Assembly (NCBI GenBank): GCA_039815185.1
Contig: JBCBZT010000001.1
Coordinates: 192,001-256,000, forward strand
Length of the DNA stretch: 64,000 nucleotides
Source: Cyanobacteria bacterium P01_A01_bin.123
GTDB taxonomy: Bacteria > Cyanobacteriota > Cyanobacteriia > Phormidesmidales > Phormidesmidaceae
Direction of reading: 5' to 3'
Below the pieces are notes generated by a model. That model had not been told where the DNA came from and made no database searches. It saw only the letters and a program-made list of their open reading frames with translations. Positions within the stretch are counted from its first letter, which is position 1. Every line of letters begins with the position of its first letter. Made by a program: the position numbers and the translations under genes. Of the stretch, positions 58,048-64,000 are shown one piece after another.

Positions 58048-59295
58048 TTAGACCGCAACCCAGGTGATGTTATTGGGTTGGTGGGGTGAGTTCATCAGGC
58101 TTTGCAACGCCTCAGTTATGCGAGGCATGGCGTTTAGATCGAGCTGATAGTCAGCGGAACTGGTCACCGATGGCTGATTGGGTGCGCCGCTCTGTAGGTG
58201 CGCCGCCCGCAGCTCTTGCCGTAATGCTGCCGCTAGCCGCTGGGGGGTTAACTCGTTAGGGTGGATGGTCGCAAACAACCCCAGCTCAGCCATACGCCGG
58301 GCCCGTATCCATTGCTCTTGGACTGGTTCAGTGCGGGGTACAACCACGGCACGTTTTTGCAAAGTTACAATTTCACCCACCGTGTTGTAGCCACCCATCG
58401 ATACCACTGCATCTGCAGCAGCCATATAGCTGGCTAGGTCATCCGTAAATTCTAGCCAGTGCAGGTTGGGGGTTTGGTTAATGCGCTCTAACAGACTGCG
58501 CTTCTGGGGGGCGGGCATTTCAGGGCCACCGACAATCAAGCTGACCGTAGGCTGTTCCGCAGCCAGGGTAGCTTGGGCTTCAAGGTAGGTGTCTGCCAAA
58601 CGGAAACCATCGCCGCCCCCACCTGGCGTCACCAAGATCAAGCGATCCTGCTGGGTTAATCCTAGCGATCGCCGGACTTCAGAGGGATCCCGTAGACCAT
58701 TACTCCGCCGGATGTAACCCATAAAGCGCGTCTTCGCCGACAAGCCGACCGGGAAGCAATATTCTCGAGGAGTATCAAAGATATCAGGGGTGCCCACAAT
58801 CCACACTTGGTCATACAGAGATTCAGTTAGCGCGTAATAGTTTTCCTGTTGCCATTGGGCAATGGTGACCGTAGGGGTATCGAGAATATCCCGTAGCAGC
58901 AGCACCAAACGAGTCTTTGGGGAATGAGCTTTGAGGTAGTCCACCGTGGGCTGGAGTTCACCCCACAAACCGTTGGGTTTCTTATCCACCAGTAGCAGAT
59001 CGGGCTGAAAGTGGACAGCGGCAGTCTGGATGAGTTTCTCTCTGAGTTTGAGCGCTTCTTGCAGCTCAGTCCTGAGGAACCTAACCCCCATCTTGCCCGC
59101 TTCATCGCGGCTCAGGCAGGGCAGTTTAATGTAGTCCAACCCTTCTGGTAGCCGCAGTTGATGGAGGACAGGTGAACCAGAGATGACCAGAACAGATAGA
59201 TCGGGAATTGCTTTGAGTAGGTAATCGCAGATAGCGACCATGCGACGGATATTGCCTAACCCAAACGCATCGTGGGAATAGACCATTAATTTCAT
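58048..59295 (-). CDS. GT-B glycosyltransferase (family 28 C-terminal-like)
   Basis: YSHDAFGLGNIRR, LVTPGGGGDG, VVSMGGYNT, VVPR...EQWIRA. Confidence 0.88.
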   Translation of the reverse strand: MKLMVYSHDAFGLGNIRRMVAICDYLLKAIPDLSVLVISGSPVLHQLRLPEGLDYIKLPCLSRDEAGKMGVRFLRTELQEALKLREKLIQTAAVHFQPDLLLVDKKPNGLWGELQPTVDYLKAHSPKTRLVLLLRDILDTPTVTIAQWQQENYYALTESLYDQVWIVGTPDIFDTPREYCFPVGLSAKTRFMGYIRRSNGLRDPSEVRRSLGLTQQDRLILVTPGGGGDGFRLADTYLEAQATLAAEQPTVSLIVGGPEMPAPQKRSLLERINQTPNLHWLEFTDDLASYMAAADAVVSMGGYNTVGEIVTLQKRAVVVPRTEPVQEQWIRARRMAELGLFATIHPNELTPQRLAAALRQELRAAHLQSGAPNQPSVTSSADYQLDLNAMPRITEALQSLMNSPHQPNNITWVAV

Positions 59296-59549
59296 GAGAA
59301 TGTGCCGATGAGGATTGAATAAGCGAGGGAAAGCAGAGAAGTGGAGGAACGAGGGAGAACCACGGAGAGACAGAAAATTCTGTTTCCTTAGGGTGTGTCA
59401 TCAATTAAACGCGAAAAGCTTTATGGCTGAGCCTTGCCGCGTCCGACCCAACTAAACGAACTAAGGGCTGTAACCGTTGTTCTAAAAGCAATGAACAATC
59501 TAATTAATCACAGCCTTTAGTGGCTCAACTCTGGGCGATTAAATTTGAT

Positions 59550-59808
59550 TTGAGTAGTTGAAATCGTGAAATTCAGGTCAGTCAGTAACAGCTACGAGGA
59601 CATCACTATCAGCTGCAAGTTGTTTTGGAGTCTGACACAGCTTGACCGCATCAGGAATACTAGGGTGGCCGTTATTGATATCAATCGGATCGTAGGCTTT
59701 GACCTTAGTCGCATTGTTATCAACGCAGATGACATTGTGGCCAATATGGGCCAGGGATGCACCTGTGACTAGGCCGACATATCCGGTTCCAATCACGCAA
59801 ATACGCAT
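59550..59808 (-). pseudogene. ugd: Internally deleted UDP-glucose 6-dehydrogenase remnant
   Basis: N-terminal MRICVIGTGYVGLVTG...CVDNNATKV fused to C-terminal KAYDP...VTD*PEF. Confidence 0.85.
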
Positions 59809-60045
59809 GGTTACGTTTCTCTAAGTGGGAGCTGACTTGTCCCTACTTTCCCTTGCCTGCGTAAGAACACAGTGAAGCATTGATGAGAACCAATTCATGA
59901 GATTTAATTCATGCTTGATCGGCAGTCTTCTTTTAACGTTTAACCTAGAGGGCATTAGAACCTTTAAACTCAAACTTACGTCAACAAAACCGCAGTGAGT
60001 TCGTCATTTCTTTACAGAACTGTACAGCAGATATAAAGGCGACCT

Positions 60046-61533
60046 GTGAAAAGTACTCTCCCTTCCCCAACCATCCCACCGATTGCTGCGAGTTCGTCAC
60101 TAAGGCAACGGTGGCGTCATCTGTTTGGTTCCACCCGTACCCGTATCTTGCTGCTCTATGCCTTGACAATGCTGGGGGTGGTTGCAATGGCAGTGCCGAT
60201 CTTTCGCATCCTGCTATTTGCCCAAGTAGATGAGCGGGTCCGCGCCGACCTACGAGAGGAACTTGAGGAATTTCAATCTACCTATGAAGTCTGGGATGCT
60301 CAGAACCCCGACACTGAGGATGCGTTGAGCACCTTCATAGATGATTTTTTGGCTGAAGAAGTCCCTGAGGACGACAACTTTAACATCATCATTCTCGATG
60401 GAGAGTTTTACCGGGCCAAACCCATGCCACTACCCGAAGCCATTGGCGTTGACTCCCAACTGATGGCGCAATGGACTGATTTGGAAGAACCTGTTAGAGC
60501 TATCGTATCGGTAGATAATCCAAATATAGGCAGCATCATATATAAAACATACATCCTTGAAATTAACAACGAACCTGAGGGCGTCTTTGTAACGGCCCAT
60601 CTCTCCGCTGGGGAACGATCGGAGGCTCTGGCAGGCGTTTATGTTTTCGTCCGAGTGGCGATTGTCGTTGTTTTAGCAGCTTTCTTGCTGGCTTGGGTTG
60701 CCAGCAATCAAATCCTCAAACCCGTCCAGCAGTTGGCGACAACTGCAAAAAGTATCAATGAAAATAACCTATCCCAACGCTTAATAGTGGATGGAACAGG
60801 GGAGCTGGCAGAACTGGCGGAGACGTTTAATACGATGATGAACCGAGTGCAAAGCGCCTTTGATAGCCAGCGCAACTTTATCAACGATGCCAGCCACGAG
60901 TTACGCACCCCGCTAACCATTATTCAAGGACACCTAGAGTTGATGGGTGAAGATCCTGAAGAGCAGCAGGAAACCCTAACCATCGTGATGGACGAAATTG
61001 ATCGCATGGGGCGGTTTGTCAACGATCTGATTTTGTTGGCTAAGGCTGAGCGCACTGACTTTTTGCAACTCGAAACCCTTGATATTCCCACATTGACGGA
61101 AGAGATATTCCACAAGGCAGCAGTGCTGGCTGAACGTAACTGGACGCTTAAAAACTTGGAAAGCGGCACTTTTATCGGCGATCGCCAGCGGGTGACAGGG
61201 GCACTGATTAATCTCGCTAATAATGCCGTCCAGCATACTCAAGCAGAGGCTACGATTGAACTAGGAGTCGCCGTTTCAGAAAAAACTGTGTGCTTTTGGG
61301 TGCGCGATACTGGCGAGGGCATTAGTCTGGCCGATCAGCACCGAATTTTTGATCGCTTTGCCCGGGCTGCTAATAGTTATCGCCGTTCTGATGGGGCAGG
61401 GCTGGGTTTAGCGATTGTCAAGGCGATTGTTGATGCTCACGGCGGACGCATTGAGCTGACGAGCAAGGTGGGACTCGGATCAACATTTACCCTATGCTTT
61501 CCGCTTGATCCGTCTCGGGAGGGTCGCCGATGA
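60046..61533 (+). CDS. HAMP sensor histidine kinase
   Basis: Two TM helices; ELAELAETFN; ASHELRTPL; GAGLGLAIV. Confidence 0.93.
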   Translation: MKSTLPSPTIPPIAASSSLRQRWRHLFGSTRTRILLLYALTMLGVVAMAVPIFRILLFAQVDERVRADLREELEEFQSTYEVWDAQNPDTEDALSTFIDDFLAEEVPEDDNFNIIILDGEFYRAKPMPLPEAIGVDSQLMAQWTDLEEPVRAIVSVDNPNIGSIIYKTYILEINNEPEGVFVTAHLSAGERSEALAGVYVFVRVAIVVVLAAFLLAWVASNQILKPVQQLATTAKSINENNLSQRLIVDGTGELAELAETFNTMMNRVQSAFDSQRNFINDASHELRTPLTIIQGHLELMGEDPEEQQETLTIVMDEIDRMGRFVNDLILLAKAERTDFLQLETLDIPTLTEEIFHKAAVLAERNWTLKNLESGTFIGDRQRVTGALINLANNAVQHTQAEATIELGVAVSEKTVCFWVRDTGEGISLADQHRIFDRFARAANSYRRSDGAGLGLAIVKAIVDAHGGRIELTSKVGLGSTFTLCFPLDPSREGRR

Positions 61534-62201
61534 CTCACATCCTGATTGTTGAAGACGAACTCCGAATCATCGCGTTTTTGGAAAAAGGATTGCAGGCGAA
61601 CGGATTCATTACCACTAAAGCAACCCACAGCCAAGAGGCAATTGCAGTTGCCCTAGATGGCAGCATTGATTTAATGGTTTTAGATTTAGGTATTCCGGGC
61701 CAGGATGGGCTGGAACTACTTGAAGATTTGCGAGGGCAAGGATTTTTAGCCCCAGTGATTATTCTCACCGCTCGTGATGACATTCAAGACAAAGTCGCGG
61801 GGTTTGAAGTCGGTGCCGACGACTACATGACCAAGCCTTTTCGATTTGAAGAACTATTGGCCCGGATTCGAGCTCGCCTGAGAACCCCAACCACCGCTCA
61901 CAACGGTCAATCAGATTCCATATTGCAGATTCGTGATGTCGAACTCAATTTGCTGACCCGACAACTGAAAGTTAATGGAGAACTCATTGATTTATCAGCC
62001 CGAGAGTTTATTCTCGCAGAAACTTTTATGCGCCACCCTAATCAGGTCATGAGTCGGGAGCAGCTCTTGGATATGGTGTGGGGTTATGACTATTCTCCAG
62101 GTTCTAATGTGGTGGATGTCTATGTCGGCTATCTCCGAAAAAAACTAGGCAGCGACTTAATTGAAACCGTCCGAGGCATGGGCTATCGCCTGCGTTCATA
62201 A
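61530..62201 (+). CDS. OmpR family response regulator
   Basis: REC plus wHTH (SNVVDVYVGYLRKKL, ETVRGMGYRL); ATGA overlap with the kinase. Confidence 0.95.
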   Translation: MTHILIVEDELRIIAFLEKGLQANGFITTKATHSQEAIAVALDGSIDLMVLDLGIPGQDGLELLEDLRGQGFLAPVIILTARDDIQDKVAGFEVGADDYMTKPFRFEELLARIRARLRTPTTAHNGQSDSILQIRDVELNLLTRQLKVNGELIDLSAREFILAETFMRHPNQVMSREQLLDMVWGYDYSPGSNVVDVYVGYLRKKLGSDLIETVRGMGYRLRS

Positions 62202-62458
62202 GAAGATTCTCATCTTACCCTTAACTGCATCTTAGGTTCAGTTGCTTGTATGGATTAGACCTGTTGGTCAGAAAAAATGAGCCTACAGCCTAGGGTTAAT
62301 GTTGTGTTCTTGTTCTATGACTTGAGGCATTTAGCATCGCTGAGTCGTTTTGCTAGACCAGCATTGTGGCAGTTGATATAGTCTGCTGATCATGCCCTAG
62401 AGGGTCTGGTTGACCCTTTGCGCTGCTGTGCTGGCAGCGTCCTAGGAGGCAGAAAAGC

Positions 62459-62833
62459 ATGTACCGAATTTTGATTGTGGAAGATGAGCCCCGCATTGTG
62501 GCATTTATCCAAAAAGGCTTGCAGCGTGCCGGGTTCACAACAGAGGTGACCTACGATGGCGAAACAGCTTTGGCCGTGGTTCAAACCCAATCCTTCGATT
62601 TAATGCTGCTCGATTTAGGGCTACCCCTAAAGGACGGCCAGACTTTGCTGGAGGAAATGCGATCGCAGGGAATTACCTTACCTGTGATTATCTTGACTGC
62701 TCGATCGATGGATGATTCAGGCATGAGCCCTATCTTAGCTTCAGCACGCCGGTTCATCCGAAAACCGTTTCGGATGGGTGAACTGGTTCAAGCTATGCAA
62801 CAAGTTTTACAACCTGATCACGGTAATCGATAA
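62459..62833 (+). CDS. Single-domain response regulator
   Basis: ILIVEDE, LDLGLP, ILTA, RKPF; GGAGG RBS; similar to the receiver of the preceding gene. Confidence 0.88.
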   Translation: MYRILIVEDEPRIVAFIQKGLQRAGFTTEVTYDGETALAVVQTQSFDLMLLDLGLPLKDGQTLLEEMRSQGITLPVIILTARSMDDSGMSPILASARRFIRKPFRMGELVQAMQQVLQPDHGNR

Positions 62834-62997
62834 GGAATACTTGGAAGTAAAGGATACTTAGAAGTATCTGTTTGTACGAATGCAATTGGCTGATTATGAA
62901 AAAGTGACAGCATGCTCCCAAACCTGACCAGGATATGTCTCAGGTGTCAGCTCCCATGGTGTTGTTCAATCACTTTGCCAATGCTCGGGTATGGCAA

Positions 62998-63093
62998 TCA
63001 CTCAGGGATGCTAGGCATGTGGGTTAACTCTAGCTTCAAACCATCCGGGTCGGTGAAAAACACAGCGTAGTAACCAGGAGCATAGTTTTTCAC
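62998..63093 (-). pseudogene. VOC/glyoxalase family C-terminal remnant
   Basis: Minus strand reads YAPGYYAVFFTDPDGLKLELTHMPSIPE*; in-frame stop about 16 codons upstream of the first Y. Confidence 0.7.
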
Positions 63094-63439
63094 AAGATGG
63101 GTGTGAGAGCCAGTGAACTGATACTCGCTCTAGAAAACTGGGTCAAGGAAGCCGCAGATCAACCGCTAATCCACACGTACGGGGCAAATAGATCAGTGTC
63201 TTGATACAAAAAACACACCCCTTACGCACAACTTTCACACAAAACACCACAGCCTTATCTCATGTATCGGTGCACAATGATGTTCAGTAAACATGCTGAA
63301 TACAAGAGCTAGGTTGCTGAAAGATAAATAAGTATCGCTGAGCGCACAGACCGCTTTCGAGTGGAGCGCGATTAGGATACCCAACCACTTTCATGCCCTA
63401 CGCCCTTGGGGTTAGCGACACACACTAGGCGGGATACCG

Positions 63440-63649
63440 ATGATTCTGAACGGCACTTTGATCTTTTATACCTCCGTCACGATGGCTCTATCGATCTATC
63501 TCTTGACGCTCTTCTTAAGAGATCAAACCACACCCAAAACACACGTTATGAGTTGGGTTGTTTGTATTTTGGCCTCACTTTTTTGGCCGTTAACGTTGCC
63601 CTCAGTTCTTCGCGTGAAGGGGTATGAGCTGAAGCCGGGAAAGGTATAG
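63440..63649 (+). CDS. Small two-TM membrane protein (copy 1)
   Basis: 69 aa; SWVVCILASLFWPLTLP; paralogue starts at 63923. Confidence 0.75.
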   Translation: MILNGTLIFYTSVTMALSIYLLTLFLRDQTTPKTHVMSWVVCILASLFWPLTLPSVLRVKGYELKPGKV

Positions 63650-63922
63650 CGGATCAAAAGTTTAACTGACATGCTTTTGATGACTTAAATCACGTCCAGC
63701 ATTGGAGTTTCCTTACAAGCAAGGCTCCAGTTCTGGATGTAGAGGAGATTTTTTCTAATCTAAATCTTTCAGACATTGCGCGGGATAAGTGGGCTAAGCC
63801 GCTAGAAAGCAGATGAATTCTTTGAGAAGGCGTGGTAGCTTTAAGGCGATGCACAGTAGGGTGCATCGCTTGGTTTCACGCCTGTGCTTTTTGGTTCGCC
63901 CCACACACTAGACAGAATGCTG

Positions 63923-64000
63923 ATGATTCTGAACGGCCCTTTGGTTTTTTACGCCTCTGTGACGACGGCTCTATTCATCTATCTCTTAAACCTTTTTCTT
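63923..64000 (+). CDS. Small membrane protein (copy 2, truncated by window edge)
   Basis: MILNGPLVFYASVTTALFIYLLNLFL versus MILNGTLIFYTSVTMALSIYLLTLFL. Confidence 0.7.
   Translation, partial: MILNGPLVFYASVTTALFIYLLNLFL

Noticed and set aside
705..63627. Numerous short ORFs overlapping or antisense to the called genes
   Set aside because: No recognisable motifs; they overlap well-supported CDSs
1..64000. Frequent GCGATCGC octamers (e.g. 1534, 2402, 3366)
   Set aside because: HIP1, a known genome-wide cyanobacterial feature; used only as a taxonomic clue

Overview
Cyanobacterial chromosomal segment, judged from frequent HIP1 octamers (GCGATCGC), ndhB next to topA, and short tandem repeats typical of filamentous taxa. 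From 1 to 11.7 kb lies a C-P lyase phosphonate cluster: phnF, phnC and phnD on the minus strand, divergent from phnGHIJK-(YHS pseudogene)-phnL-phnM-phnM2-phnZ, with visible PhnF operators and Pho boxes. The rest is dominated by signalling genes: histidine kinases, response regulators, GGDEF/EAL proteins, a Ser/Thr kinase-ATPase-adenylate cyclase, and three photoreceptor types (knotless phytochrome, DXCF-like cyanobacteriochrome, LOV). Housekeeping genes (cbiA/cobB, ndhB, topA, an EF-G paralogue), transporters, several gene remnants and a dispersed ~105-bp MITE-like element are interspersed. The best candidate for an undescribed system is the minus-strand trio at 44.6-47.7 kb: a catalytically degenerate EAL protein, a small HTH-like protein, and a ~455-aa protein whose C-terminal domain aligns without gaps to allophycocyanin but has Ser at the bilin-binding Cys position. 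All family assignments come from motif recognition and recalled sequences, not database searches. No rRNA, tRNA, CRISPR array or transposase was seen.
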